From a virus, in the IMG/VR virus record IMGVR_UViG_3300018878_000100: DNA of 64,000 bases, one strand, 5' to 3'. A program made the position numbers and the translations under genes. The notes beneath the pieces were generated by a model. It was not told the origin of the DNA and did no database searches. It saw only the letters and a program-made list of their open reading frames with translations. Positions 11,888 to 26,300 of this stretch are shown here, in pieces. Each line of letters starts with the position of its first letter. Positions within the stretch are counted from its first letter, which is position 1.

Positions 11888-14800
11888 ATGGCAATTGAAG
11901 TTGATAATCTATTTCAAGCACTAGATATTATTTTAGATTAGCGCTTGCAAAATATGAATTATGATAAAACCGATGTTTGTATTATTACTGATGATAGAGA
12001 TGCTAAAAATGGTCACTATTGGGTTTCTCCAAACAATGGTGAAACTAGATATGAAGCATTTAGTGAGTCAGAAGAATATAAAAAAGGTGAGAGTGTCAGA
12101 GTTTCTATTTTAAATGGAGATTATACTCAAAAGAAATTTATCGTAGGTAAATATGTAGTAGATGATGCTATTACTCCCATTACTTATGTTTCTCCTCTAG
12201 ATACGGTTATTGATGTTACTGGAAATATGATTAGTGAAGCCAAAGCTAATGCTCAATATGGTTTAATTTCAAATGGTACAGTATCAGAAATTCCGATTTG
12301 GAGTGCGGATTTGGCTTTAGACCAATCTTATAAAGATTTACAAGCCAGTGGCATTTATAATACTATTAGTTTATCTGCTAATTTTAAAACTTTATTAGAT
12401 AACTATGATATGCGTTCAGGCTCTTTTGGATTGCGCCTAGATGTATATGTAAAATTAAATCCAAGTAGTGAAAAATATATTGTTCGCTCTGTGTATATGG
12501 ATAGTTCTGAAATGTTTGGTAATCCATATGCTTTTACACTATATTCTCCCCAGAGTAGAAAATATGATTTAAGTCAGCTTGGTGCCGTTGAAAAATTAAG
12601 TTTATGGTTTTATCAACGAGGAGATTTTTCTTATTATGATTCAAATCAAAGACAAACAGTTAATATTGATTATAAAAAAATTCCAAGAGAAAATATTTTA
12701 TTGAGAGATATTAAAATTGGATTTGGTAGCGATTTGACTATTGTTCAAGATAATACAATTCAAGCTTTTACAACCAATTCTTCTACTTATAGATTAATTG
12801 TTACTAAAGCAGATAATGAAAAAGGATTAGGATTTTTGTGGTATAACAAAGATGAAAACAATCAATATTTGGGATACAGCGATGGCATTGTTGATTTTGA
12901 ATATAAGGATGGAAATGTTGTTTATACCAATAAGCTTGATAAAAATTAGAATAAAGTAACTCAAGATGTTCTTGATGAAAAGAAACGAGCTATTTTAGAA
13001 TTTGCTAAGGATGATAAGGATAATGTTATCCTAGTCTCTGTATTAGATGATGATGGATATGAAATTTCTTTTGATGATTTAAAAATCACTATTGACGATG
13101 CTTTAATCATTTTAGCAAATGAGGTTAGTAATTTAAAACTCCAATTACAAATTCAATATGACAATGAAGAAATTGGTTTTAATGAGTTCATAGCTCGTAA
13201 ATCAGATATTGATAATTATGAGCGAGTTAAACGGACTTATCTTAATACTAATTATTCTAATGAAGAGCTTGAGCAAGCTATTGAGAGCCAGCGTAGTGCA
13301 GAATTGGAGGGTTTAAGATTACAATTCGAAGCTGGTGCTTTTGGCGAAGGCGATGAAGCAAATTAGAGATATAATAAAGAAATAGCAAAAGTTAATGATT
13401 TATATAACAATAAGCGTGCTGAATTAAGAAATTATAGAGTTCAAAAAACCTATGTTCTTTAGAAGAAATAGCAAGATGTAATGATACAAAAAGTCGCTCC
13501 ATATGATGAGTTTAAATATATGGAAGAAAGCGAAACAGATGCTCGTTTAACCGCACAAGCCGGCAAAGAAGGCGTTCCTTCTGATGCTAAGAGTTTAAAA
13601 TTATCTGCAGATTTGGCTGAAGTTAAGCCTTTAATGACTAAAACTTTTGATTTAGTTACCAAAGATTTAACTGCGGTGCTCCGTCAAATGCGCGACCGCA
13701 CGAACTCTATCGCAGATATCACTACGGCTTTAAATGCATTACTATTAACTCCTACCAAGGATGCCGCAGGACAAATCCACGGTACGGAAAGAAATAACAT
13801 TCTTGCTTGGTATGATTTTACTGATGCAATGAGAGAAGAAATGTATGGTGTTTATACAGAACTTCTAGAATATAATTATTTACATTAGGAAAATTTAAAG
13901 AAACTTCCTGCAGAGCAAGAAACTGATGCTATCCTTAGAGAGAAAATGGGAGAGCATTTACAAGCTTGGAATAAATCTGATTTATATTTAAATATTCAAA
14001 ATAGTTTTAAGTCTTCTTTAATTCCAATGATAACTAACTTTTTTACAAATGCTCAAACTACAATTGATGCAAATTATAGTGGTTATCAAGGTATTTATGA
14101 TACTTATAAAACTAAGGCTGATAAAATAATTGTTCAAATTAATGAGAATTTAAATAAAATGTGGGCAATTGTTGATGACAATAATGCTATTATGGTAGAC
14201 ATGAGACCTTATAATAATGGCCGCGTATATTTAGATTATAATAAAAAAGATTTATCTAACTATGATAATCGTTATGCAATCTATTGGTATAGATATGAGC
14301 CTGGATACACAAGTGATGATAGATTATATCCAACTGAATGGAAACGTTTAACGACAAAAGCTGATTTCGGTATTGATGAGTCTGATGAATTAGTATATAA
14401 CTTTGGATTACCAATTTATGATGATTTTGTTTTAAGAGATGGACAATACTATTTTTCTGATAAGGTTCAAGGAACCAATGTCTCTGCAATTCGCATGATG
14501 GATGGACAGAGAGTAAATGAAAAATATAAAATTGTTTTATTCTATAATCACGAAATGTATGAAAGTAATGAAGTAGAATTTACTAATTTAGATGATGTAG
14601 TTGACCCAACCACAGCAGATAAGAATGATGCTATTGTTATTACTCACGGCACGAATTCACAAGATACTTACCAGAGTTATGGTTTAAGTAATTTCTTGGT
14701 AAATGCGGCCGACGCAAGTAAGGTGCGAGAATTATCTGTGCATTATGAAGGTATTCTTGCAGGAGATGAAGCTTTAGCTAATACACAAGTATATTGGTAT

Positions 14801-17800
14801 ATTCCAAATACTGCTACTATGTTAACTTGCGATGATAAGCATTTAACTGAAACTTTAGGTTTTTATTCTGATTTAAATATTTCAGACGGAGAAAAACCTG
14901 ATTATAGTAGAAATGGTTATACTTGTTATTATAAAACAATTGGTGTAGAAACAGTGCAAATTACAGATGACCCAGAAACAGAAGAGGTTGAATCTGGAGA
15001 AAAAGTTACTGCAAAAGCAAGTGATTTAACATTCACTTATAAGATTAAAGATTATTATTTATCTACCTCAAGCCGCAATGAAATTTTCTGTAAGGTAGTA
15101 AAGGATGAATATACATTTGAGACAAGTATTGTTTTGGCATTTACGTCTCTTGGAACCAGTGGTACTGATTATACATTGGCAATTACTCCTTCTACAACTC
15201 AAATTGCAACTTATGCTTCTGGATATTTGCCATTAAATATTGTTTTATATGATTATAAAAATAATACTATTCCTATGACTACAAATTTATTATCGACAGT
15301 AAAAGATGGAGCATCTAACTTTAAGTTAGGTTGGGAAGGACCACACTCCTATGATTTTGCTACATTATCTGATGCCGATGATAATATCGTTGGAGCGAAT
15401 ATTCAATTAACAACTTAGCCATAGGATAATAATAGTTTAATTTATGGTGTTTTAAAAGCAACTGTTGATTGCCCTATCGAATACACTGTAAATACAGAAG
15501 AGGATGAACAAGAAAATAAGGAAAACGCTAATAAAACAGCAAGTAGAAATGCAACTTTAACTTCTTATTATCCAATTCCATACAGTGCTGGTAATTACTA
15601 TATTGAAGGTGCAACAACTATTGTTTATGATAGTATGGGAAGTAATCCTTCTTATTATAAAGACCCATATAAGATTTTTACTTGTAATACAAATGAAAAC
15701 CTTGCAGACAAGAAGATTATTCGTGCAGGTGTGGAATCTGATAAGCCAAAATATGATATCCTGTGGCGAATTGTTTATTATAAAAAAGATAAAGATGGTA
15801 AGGTTGTAAAACTAGATAAAAATATCCATGCTGATTATAATATTTGTCGTAGTTATATGCCCACTTTAAATGAGAAAAATGGTTTAAATGCATCAAATAT
15901 GTACATGGGCAATATGGATTGTTGGTGCGCAGTTGAGTGTTGGTTAAAAGACCTTGAAACTGCTACTTATGATACTAAATATTCTTTAATTTGGGTTCAA
16001 CCTATTTTTATCTTACAAAATCGCTATCCGTCTCCAATGCTGAACTCTTGGGATGGAAGCTTGACAATTGACAAAAAAAATGGTACAATATTATCATCAT
16101 TAGTAGGTGCTGGTCGAAAAACTCGTGATAATACTTTTGAAGGTGTACTCATGGGAGATATCGAAGGCAGTGCCGGAATCGTAAATGCTGGTAATAAATC
16201 TGGTTTAGGTATTTATGGTTTTAATGATGGCGCTCAAAGTTTTGGTTTTAATGTCGATGGTACAGGTTTTATTGGTAAATCTGGTAGAGGTAGAATTTTA
16301 TTTAATGGTAATGAAGGTATTATTCAAAGCGCTTCTTATACAGCAAATGAAGATAAACCTTATGGTATGAAACTTGACTTTGATGATGGTTGGCTTGAAA
16401 TGCGAGGCGGCCTAGAGTATGATAATGATGATTGGGCAAATGAGGTTGTCAATCATTATAAGGAAATCCTTGCCGCAAAAGTATATAAAGTTGATGAAAA
16501 TACTCAAGCATTAGTAGCAACTACAAAATATATTATTGATAGAGATATAATGGATTTGGATGTTCAAGAAGCATTGCTTGAAAAGATTAAGTATGATGCT
16601 GCTCATCAAGCAAATATGTATATTGAGGGTCGAGCCATTGCCAAAAAAGCTAAAGATAACGGAGAGATAACTCAAGAAGAATATCAAAAGTTATTTGATG
16701 AGCTTTATGCTAAAGAGCAAGAGAAAAAATACTATGCAATGACTACATTAAAAACTGCTAGTATTGGAAGAGGTTTCTCTATTAATGACAAAGATTATGA
16801 ATTAACCATAGAACAATATAATGCTATTTTAAATGAATTAGATGAATATATTTTAGCAGAAACTTATGATGGTGAATTAAAAACTGATGCTGAAGGTAGA
16901 AAATTTAATTATAAGAGTAGATATGGTACTCTTTCTAAAGCTTTACAAGAGTTTGAGGCTCAAGGTCATAAAGTTCTTGGAGATTCAGAAGAAGCTAGTG
17001 ATGTTACTTTAACTGAAGTTGAGGTTACAAATCAAAGTCATATTCGTTTAGATGTTAAATCTCCTTATTTCTATATTATTAGCGAATAGGGTAAACGTAT
17101 TTTAAATATTGGTGATGGCACTGGATTTGACTTTGAAGATTATCCATATTTACAATATTCAATTGAAAAGTTCCAGCGAGATAAAGATGGAACAATTCTT
17201 TTAGTTAATTTAACTGATGAAACTGGTTCAACTATTAAAATTGAAGATATAGATGAGGCTAAAGAATTATTAAATTCTGAATGTTCAATTTTAAGAAGTG
17301 ATGCTTATAATCGTTTTTAGATAAAAAAGAGCATTACTCAAAAAGATTATGATAATATTTGTTTAGATATTGAGGATTATCGTACTAAGAAATTAGCATA
17401 TTTAAATACTTGGACAGAAGAAAATGCTGAAACTTTTATTGATAAGACTTATGAAGTTGAATATATTCAAAAAACTGGTTTTATTGGTACTGGTACACAA
17501 AAAACGAATTGGCTTGAACCTTATGGAAGAAACCTTTCTAAAGGTTATTATTTAAAATCTAATGATTTTACTTATACTGCTTTTAGTAAAGAGGATGGTA
17601 TTGCAAGCGGTCAAGGTTCAGGCTTTTTACTTGATTTAACAAATGGACACATTAATGCAGCAAATTTAAGCATTGCTTCAAAAAATGTATTTATTGATTC
17701 TGGTAAAAATGCTGACCCATTTTTTATTATTAAAGATAATGATGGATGTAATTTAATTTATGCTGGACAATAGGATTTTTATATTCAATCTCATACATAT

Positions 17801-19531
17801 TCAAGATATGCTCTTGGAGATAGGCTAACTGATGATAATGGTAAACAATATTATTATCCAGGTATGAAAATTGATACTGATGGAAATAATTTTTTATTTG
17901 ATATTAGAGGTAATTATCAATCAATAGTAAATATTAATAAGGATGAATTTTTCCTGCAAACTGATAATTATAAAATTCGAGAATATATTACTATAACAAA
18001 GTGTTATAATCAAGATTATAGTATGAGTTTTGATATACAGGTCGGTAAAGCTGAAAAAGGACATATTATTTATACTGCACCAAATTTTAATAAAAAAAGT
18101 GAAAATGTTACGACTGAAGAACATACTTCTATTACTTTATATGAAAGTAAAAAAATTGATGGAATAATGTGGTATAAAATTAACACTGAGCAATGGATAC
18201 CAGCATTATCTTTTGAATCGATTGAGGTAAATGATGAAGGTATTGGTACTGGTATAACTTATTTAAACCAAATTATTTATAGCGATTCTGATTATAATTC
18301 TATTAAAGTTGGTTTTACCAAAGATTCTCATGTTGCAGGTGTTAATATTTAGGCAACTAGAGCAGTTGATGGAGTAGAGTGGTATGCTATTGAAGTACTT
18401 GAAGTTGAACATTGGCTACCTGATTATTCTATTAAAACTGGTTCTTATGGTTCTGGTATTAGATTGGATTTGTAGGGTGGCTATATTGATGCTTATGATT
18501 TTATTATTCGAGGTGAATCTAGCACAGACCCCACTGCAGGTTCTTATTTATTATTAGATAGTTAGACTCCGCAATTTGTAGTTCATTTAACTACTCCAGA
18601 CAGTGATGGTATAATTGATTTAGATTTAATTAAAATTTCTCCAGATGAATTTTATTTACATTCTGCAAATTGGTTAGAAACTACTACTCAAGTCACCACT
18701 TAGCGGACAGCTAAGATGGACGGCGGCTGGAATATTAGAAGCGGTCCTGGTATGGATTATTCTATTATCGGTTATTCTTCAAGTGGAAAAAGAGTGGTTG
18801 TATATGAAAAGCAGGGAGATTGGTACTGTATCGGAGAAGACTAGTGGATTTGGTATGAAGGTTTAACTGATTTTCAAGAAGGTGGAACCGCAAATAAAAC
18901 TTATGGCACTGGCATGGAAATTGATTTAAATGATGGTCGTATTACTGCATACAATGCCAATAATGCGGGTAAAGAATTATTAATTAATTCATTACATGAT
19001 ACATATCCAATTTAGCTAGGAGAAATTGGAGATTATAATTTCCAAATTGGTTGGGATGGTAGTTTAAAGGGCGGTAGTATTTATGGTTGGAGTATTGATG
19101 CAAGTGGTACTGCTACGTTTAATCGTTTGAATGCTAATGGTGGTGTTTTAAGTTGGATGTCTATCGGCAGTGCTAATATTTATGATGTTGATATTACTTC
19201 TGGCACAATTGCAGGTATGGACTTCACTACTGGAGGCATTACTGCAGGAGATTGGAATTTTAGTTCTAATGGATTAAGTCATAATGGAAAAGCAATGGAA
19301 AAGAAAACTTATGATTCAGTGCGCTATATGTCTTTATGGACAAAAAAAATACCAGTAAGTGTTAGCGGTAGTTGCTCAATCGAAATTGATGGAGCTACTT
19401 ATTATGGCTCATGCTCTGCTAGTGGAAATACTACTGAAGATGTAGGTTATAGAATTGGTTATGTAAAAATGATTTATAATGGATATGGAGAAGAAGGTCA
19501 AGAGTCTGCAGTTGTATTTACACCAGCATAA
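11888..19531 (+). CDS. Giant tail-tip or baseplate structural protein of about 2547 aa, read through about 17 TAG codons. It may combine distal-tail (Dit-like) and tail-associated functions; that is not proven.
   Basis: An AGGAGAG site precedes ATG 11888. Frame 2 is open to TAA 19529-19531. Every interrupting stop is TAG (11939, 12947, about 13364, 13460, 13466, 13886, 15416, 15422, 17087, 17318, 17771, 18350, 18472, 18553, 18700, 18841 and 19012). Track ORFs 11945.., 13481.., 13946.., 15635.., 17864.. and 19127.. share this frame. In about 33% GC DNA, 2547 codons free of TAA and TGA cannot be non-coding. Confidence 0.6.
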
Positions 19532-19540
19532 GGAGGATTT

Positions 19541-19909
19541 ATGACAAATTTAGAAATTTTAAATTTTAATGAATTATATAAACAAAATTTTCAAGAATTT
19601 GATGAATTATTACCAGCAAAAATTTTGTTTTATATTTATAAAAATTTATCATTAATTGAAATATCATTACATCATATTGAAAATACTAGAAATAGTATTA
19701 TTCGTAAATATGGTTTAATTGATGAATCAAAAGATACTATTCAAATTCCTCCAGAATTAGTAAATGAAGCTAATAAGGAATTAGAAGAAGTTTTAAAAAT
19801 GGAATAGGAAATTAATTTTTTTTTAATTCCTCTTTCATGGTTTGATAATATCAATCTTAATCCAAAGCATATGAAATTATTATGGATTATGATTGATGAA
19901 AATAAATAA
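19541..19909 (+). CDS. Small 122-aa protein, paralog 1 of a tandem pair, with one TAG readthrough at 19805-19807
   Basis: A GGAGG site precedes ATG 19541 and the frame ends at TAA 19907-19909. It aligns with the downstream paralog over its full length, including the C-terminal ...HMKLLWIMIDENK against ...QMEALMFMID. Confidence 0.55.
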
Positions 19910-19923
19910 AGGAGAAAAAGGTT

Positions 19924-20292
19924 ATGACTATGACAAACTTTGAAATTTACAATATCGCTAAAGCTATGAGTGACGCCTTCCAGGATGGCACTCAGTATCT
20001 ACCCGTTAAAGTAAATTTTTTCATTCAGAAGAATAAAGCTACTTTAATGTCTTTAGCACAAGATATTGATAATTCTCGTATTGAGATTGTTAAGAATTAT
20101 GGTACTATGGATGAAGAATCCAATCAGTTTATTGTACCAGAAGATAAGATTGAAGCTGCTAACGCAGAGTTGATGGACCTGTTTAATATTGAGCAGGAAG
20201 TTGATATTCGTAAGGTAAGCATTGATTCTTTCCCCGAAGATATTAATCTAACCACTGCTCAAATGGAAGCTTTAATGTTTATGATTGACTAA
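19924..20292 (+). CDS. Small 122-aa protein, paralog 2 of the tandem pair, with no TAG
   Basis: The ORF is intact with a GGAGAAAAAGG ribosome-binding site. Its length is identical to the upstream gene (369 nt) and the sequences are clearly similar. Confidence 0.6.
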   Translation: MTMTNFEIYNIAKAMSDAFQDGTQYLPVKVNFFIQKNKATLMSLAQDIDNSRIEIVKNYGTMDEESNQFIVPEDKIEAANAELMDLFNIEQEVDIRKVSIDSFPEDINLTTAQMEALMFMID

Positions 20293-20300
20293 TAAATATT

Positions 20301-20326
20301 AGGCCAGGTAAATTCTTACCTGGCCT
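20301..20326 (+). terminator. Stem-loop, a possible weak terminator
   Basis: AGGCCAGGTAA pairs with TTACCTGGCCT across an ATTC loop. No T-run follows. Confidence 0.35.
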
Positions 20327-20353
20327 AACTTATTGCAGAGAGAAAGGAGATTA

Positions 20354-23317
20354 ATGATGTCAACTACTAAGTTATACCCTCCTTATGTGGATGCCGCAGT
20401 TCCTGCGCAGTTGGTTCCCGATGAAAGTACATCAGAAACAACTGTAACACTTACTATTCCATTTCAATTAAATAAGGCAGTAAGTTGGGTAGATTTAAAA
20501 TCAAAAAATAATATCGCTTTGATTTTGAAAACGGTATCAACAGGAAAAGTTTTATTAGATTGTTATAAAGGAAACGTTTTAACTCATTATGAACCTACTG
20601 GAACACCTGCCGCAGAATTTGAAATTCCTAAAACTACTTTTAATCCTGTTGCAGGATAGTTTTATAAAGCTCAAATCGCTTTCATAGATTCTGATGATAC
20701 TATTGGATATTTTTCAGATGTGACTATTGTAAAATTTACTGCAATTCCTGTTATAGGTATTGCCGATTTAGCAAGTGGAACAAATGCTGCTCAATATGTT
20801 TATACAGGTACATTTTCAACTACTGATGTTACTGAAAAAGTATACTCATATGAATTTAATATTTATGATTGTGAAACTGGTATTTTGCATGACACAAGCG
20901 GAGTTATGATTCATAATAGTAGCACAGATGTTGAACGAGGAAAATCTTTTGACACTTGGACATCTTATAAAACTTTAATTAATGAGCGTCAATATTCTAT
21001 ATGTTATAAAATCACTACTATTAATGGTTTAGTGATGGAAACTCCAGCTTATGGAATAATGGCAGTTGAAACTTTAGATTTAGTTTCTAGAAACACAGAA
21101 TTTATTGCAACATTATATAGTGATGATGCTTATATTCATGTTCATATTATGCCAAAAGATATTGATGCAAATATTAAAGCAATTACTGGTAATTTTATTT
21201 TAGTTAGAGCATCCAGTGAAGATGGATTTGGTAGCTGGAATGAAATTTATCGTTTCACTTTGATTAATAACTATCCTTTAATGACACTGTGGAAAGATTT
21301 TACGGTGCAACAAGGATATTCATATAAATATGCTGTACAAGCCTATAATTCTAAAGGTGTTTATTCTAATCGATTAGAATGTAAATATTATGCTAGTGAA
21401 TTTGATGAGCGCAATGATGACATTAACCGTTAGAATTGGAACGCAGAAGCAAAAGACCCTATTGAAAATACTAACTTAAATTGGAATTATTTACAAGAAA
21501 TTGATGGGTCTCCAACTCAAAGCGGATTGCCAGTAGATTTTGAAGATGCTTTTCTTTATGATGGAAAACGCCAATTGAGAATTAGATATAATCCAAAAAT
21601 TAGTTCTTTTAAATCAACTGTGCTTGAAACTAAAATGGATACTATTGGAGGTAAATATCCTTTTATTTTCCGTAACGGAAATGTTGAATATAAAGAATTC
21701 CCAATTTCTGGTTTAATTACAATGATTAGCGATGAAAATGCTTTATTTATGGAGTATTCCAAAGAGAATCCAAAAGCTCGTCAGTACAGTACACATCCGC
21801 CATATGGTAATGATAATGCGGATTGGTGGGTCAGCCGAACTGGTATGACGGAGTATGAAGTTCGTAAGACCCAAGAAAAAGAGTTAAGTGGTTCTCCCAC
21901 AGCATTAACCGCTAGCAACTTCCGCAAAGAGCGTGAATTTAAAATGGAAGTGTTGGATTGGTTAACAAATGGACAACCAAAGCTATTCCGTTCTCCAAGT
22001 GAAGGTAATTTTATTGTTCGTTTAATGAATACATCATTAACTCCAAATGATTAGCTTGGACGATTATTACATACTTTCCAATGTACTGCATATGAAATTG
22101 CGGAATGTAATTATGAAAATTTGGAAAAATATAAATTTATTCATGCTCTCGATACTAGTTATTAGGAATTGAAATTTAAAATGCTTGATTGCAATAATAC
22201 TTTTGCTGACATTCATAATAGACAAATTATTATTGAGGGTGGTGCTTATTACTTTGCAGTAATAGACCAATGGAGTTATTTGGCATTGAGAATTACTTAT
22301 GTAAATGGTACATCACAAGTTATTGATGTTGGTAACTCTACTGGACAATATTTGTTTGACAGAGAAGCATTAAAAAATAACCCAATTGTTTCAGTAACTT
22401 ATCAAGAAGGTGCGCCAGATGTTGGTAGTAAAATTCTTTATGGATATTATGATACATCAGATATTGCTTTCTCTTTGATTGCAAGTGTTACAAGAGAAAC
22501 AGTAGTAGACCAAATTATCGGTCATCCGCAAACTTCTTACCGTATAGATAGTTTTAAAATTAATTATGTTCCAACTATTTTAAATGGCATTGGATATAGA
22601 GACTTGGCTACAGATTTACAAAAGGTTTATGGCGAAGATGAAATTCCTCGTTGTACTCTTGGTAAATTTTATTACTTAAAAGCTGAACCCAGAGAGATTA
22701 CTTTCGTTTATAAAAAAGAAAATAAATATTATGAAACTTCAAAATGTGATTATGAGGTTCGTCAATGGGATGATACTTATATTTATAAAGTTTTCGAAGA
22801 AAGTGATGGCACTTGGGAACCTACGAATCAATATAGTGGACGTCCTTCAAATAATATCTTATTACCAGAGCCAAGTTATCTCATTAAATTAAATGCAAAA
22901 CCCAATAATGGTATTGACCCTGCTCAAGAAGAGTTTGTGGATTTAAGTTTAAAGGGCGGTAGCGGAGGTAATGCTCCTATTACTACTGGACGATATGAAC
23001 TTTATTTTGATTTGGATAAAGTAGAAAGTTTATATATTGGCTCAGGAGTTGTATGTGAAATTTGTTATAATTTAAATACAATTCATTATGAAGCTGAAGA
23101 TAATATTCAATATAGTGAATTGGTTGATAGATATAATACTTGGCAAAATCAGCAACGTCAATATAAGAGTATGTTAAAAGCTGGATATAGTAGATTTAGT
23201 GCTGATGTCGAACGCGCTCGTATGAATATGGAACAAAGTTATCATTAGTATTTAAATCAGTTAGAATATATTCTAAATAAGTTGCAAATGGATGGTGAGA
23301 CTTATTATGCTTTATGA
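20354..23317 (+). CDS. Large tail or baseplate structural protein of about 987 aa, read through 5 TAG codons and ending in TGA
   Basis: An AAAGGAGA site precedes ATG 20354. Frame 2 is continuous through track ORFs 20333.., 20720.., 21527.. and 22169.., with TAG at 20657, 21431, 22052, 22160 and 23246. The TGA stop at 23315-23317 overlaps the next gene's ATG. Confidence 0.6.
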
Positions 23318-25949
23318 TAAAGAATTTTTGAAAGAATTAGACAAAACAAAAAATAAAATTGTCTATGCAAAAGTTACTGCATTAACAGTAGAGGAGTCCC
23401 CCATTGAAAGCATTGAAGGTCGTGTAACCCAGGGCTCCATCAACTTAGATGGAGCTTCTGCGGTTCGTCGTTCTTGTTCTTTATCAATTGTAGCAGAGAA
23501 TTTTGATTATTCAGATTATTTATGGGGAATGAATACAAAATTTAAGTTAGAAGTTGGTTTACAAAATGATATAAATGATAATTTTCCCAAGATTATTTGG
23601 TTTAACCAGGGAATTTATATCATAACATCTTTTAATACATCTAGAACTACCAATAACTTTACTATTACTATTCAAGGAAAAGATAAGATGTGTCTTTTGA
23701 ATGGAGAAGTAAGTGGTACTATTGGAGTACAAACAGATTTTGGTACAATTGAAGAAGAAGATAATGAAGGAACTTGGACTATTAGACAAATTCCTATTCC
23801 TGAAATTATCCGTAATATGGTTCATGCATATGGCGGAGAGCCTTATCATAATATTATTATTAAAGATTTGGATACTTTAGGCTTAGAGCTTTTAGAATAT
23901 CGATATGAAAATATGCCTTTAGTTATGTATCGTAAAGCTGAAAGTAATACATATACAAATATTGCTTTTTTAGATAGTGATATGTATTTATATGCTAATA
24001 AAAATGATGTCGGAAATGTAGATAGACGAGTATATTTAAAAGATATTCCCGATACACATTTTGAACAATTAATTGATGGTATTCATACAAGTGACCCTAT
24101 TGTATATTATGATGATGATAAAGTTGGTTATAAATTAACTAAGCTTCAATACGGAGATACCGCAGGTTATCGAACAACTGAATTAACATATGCTGGAGAC
24201 TTGATTGCAAACGTAGGTGAATCAATTACTTCAGTTCTTGATAAAATTAAAAATATGCTTGTTGAATTTGAATATTTTTATGATGTTGATGGACGTTTTA
24301 TATTCCAGAAGAAACAATCTTATACTCAGACTCTATGGTCTCCAAGTGGTGATGGAGAAGAGGGAATCACAGAAGGTTTGTTATGGAGTGATGCAGCCGC
24401 ATATACTTTTAGTGGCAGCGAATTAATCACTGGTTTTAATAATAATCCTAATCTTTTGAATTTAAGAAATGATTTTTCAATTTGGGGTGAGCGCACAGGC
24501 ATTAGCGGCGCGCAGATTCCCATTCATTTAAGATATGCCATTGATGAAAAACCAACTGCTTATACAACTATTTCTTTAACTGATTTTGATAAGAATGAAG
24601 TGGATGAATATAATTTAAAATATGGAACTAATTTAAATAATAATCCTACTTCAATTACTTATTCTATTCACCCAAATATAAGTAGAGCTAAGAATTATGT
24701 TTATGTAACCGATTGGCGAGAAGTATTGTTCCAAATGGCAAAAGATTATTTTAGATATAATACTTTAAGTGATTTTGAAATTCGTGTGCGCGAAGCTAAT
24801 CCAACGCTCTATCCCTCTGGCCGCACAGGCTATGAACAATATTATACTGATATTCAAGTTTGCTGGCGTTAGCTATATAATCCTGAATTACGAAATAAAA
24901 TTGCGGATTATACAGAAGAAGTTGCGGCATTAACGAATGAAGTGACTCAATTAGATAAAGAAATTAAAGATATTGAGAATAGAATTATTGAGTTGAATAA
25001 TCAATTAAATACTGCTACAACTCAGAGTTCAATTGATAGTATTGTTTTATCAATTTTATCAGAGCAACAATCTCGCACTGATAAAAAAGCATTAAAATCT
25101 CAAAAAGAATATCTTATCGAACAAAAATAGGAAAGCTTAGATTCTTATAATGAAGATATTTTAAATTATTATCAAGCTCAAGAATTAATAGAATTAGATG
25201 TAAATTTATTTACTACTCAATTCCCCTTATCTGACAGTTAGATTACTATTGATATTTTAGATAGATTTAGAGTTCCAAAAAATTTAATTGATGAACTTTT
25301 AGATGAGAAAACCGGTGAACCAATTGCTATTAAAGTTAGTGATATCCTTTACTTTAAAGAAGATGATAGTTATTTTTCTGTTATTAATAGTTTTGATGAT
25401 TATGTAATAATTGCATATTATGATAAATCTCGTCTACATTGGCATAAAAATGTTTTTGAGAATCCTGGCAATTTAAATTATTGGTTTGACTTTTTAGATA
25501 CCGCAGGAGAGCTAAGCCAATATAGCGTACGAGCTATTGGAGCACGGACGAAAGCTATTAATGAAAATACCGTAAAATCCATTTATTTTAGGGAAACTCC
25601 ACCAGTTATTTTCGCACCAGATATTACTGATGACGAAAAAATGAGTGGTTATAAATATATTCAAATTCCAGAATTTGAAATGGATAAAATGTTTAGTATT
25701 AGTGCGCAAGGTAAATCCGCAAAAGAGCGCTTAGATGAACTTCTTTACAATCATGGTTATTGTACAGAAAGTGCAACTATTACAACAATTCCAGTATATT
25801 ATTTACAACCAAACACTCGTATTAAAGTATCTGATGAAAAAACTAAAATTGATGGAGAATACATTGTAAGTAAACTTACAATTCCTTTAGCACATAACGG
25901 AACTATGTAGTTAACTACAACGAAAGCTGCATAGACACTATTCTTTTAA
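23307..25949 (+). CDS. Tail-associated or minor structural protein of about 880 aa (possibly Tal-like), read through 5 TAG codons
   Basis: ATG 23307 follows a GGTGAG site and overlaps the upstream TGA in ATGCTTTATGA. The N-terminus (MLYDKEFLKEL…VYAKVTALTVEESPIE…) resembles siphophage minor structural or tail proteins. Frame 0 is continuous through track ORFs 23292.., 24942.. and 25641.. to TAA 25947-25949. Confidence 0.55.
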
Positions 25950-25964
25950 GAGAGGAGAGGTTTG

Positions 25965-26300
25965 ATGAAAAAGATATATCAATATCGTTATTATGGTAAT
26001 TCTGATAAGAATTATCCGAAAACTCTAAATGCAGTACAATTAACCAATGGTGAAATTTTTAATCAAACCAGTAAGGGTTCCATTACTCATTTGGGTTTAC
26101 AAGCTTCTCCAGGGACTACATTTTTTTTGAATCGTTGTGATAATCCAATTCAAATTGGAAAAACTGGCATCTACGAGATAGATGTTACTGGTTATGGTTA
26201 TATTACAAGCATTATGTTTAGTGATGATACACTAGCATTAGTAAATGAAGATAATGGAATTATTATTGATATTATATATGAAGGAGGTACTATCGAATGA
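25965..26300 (+). CDS. Hypothetical 111-aa protein with no TAG, ending in TGA
   Basis: An AGAGGAGAGG site precedes ATG 25965. The TGA stop overlaps the next ATG in ATGA. Confidence 0.55.
   Translation: MKKIYQYRYYGNSDKNYPKTLNAVQLTNGEIFNQTSKGSITHLGLQASPGTTFFLNRCDNPIQIGKTGIYEIDVTGYGYITSIMFSDDTLALVNEDNGIIIDIIYEGGTIE

Noticed and set aside
2488-19531. Reading the many short ORFs as a degraded prophage full of pseudogenes
   Set aside because: Every interrupting stop is TAG. None is TAA or TGA, the frame never shifts, and conserved tape measure protein domains stay in register across the TAGs. Decay would produce all three stop types and indels.
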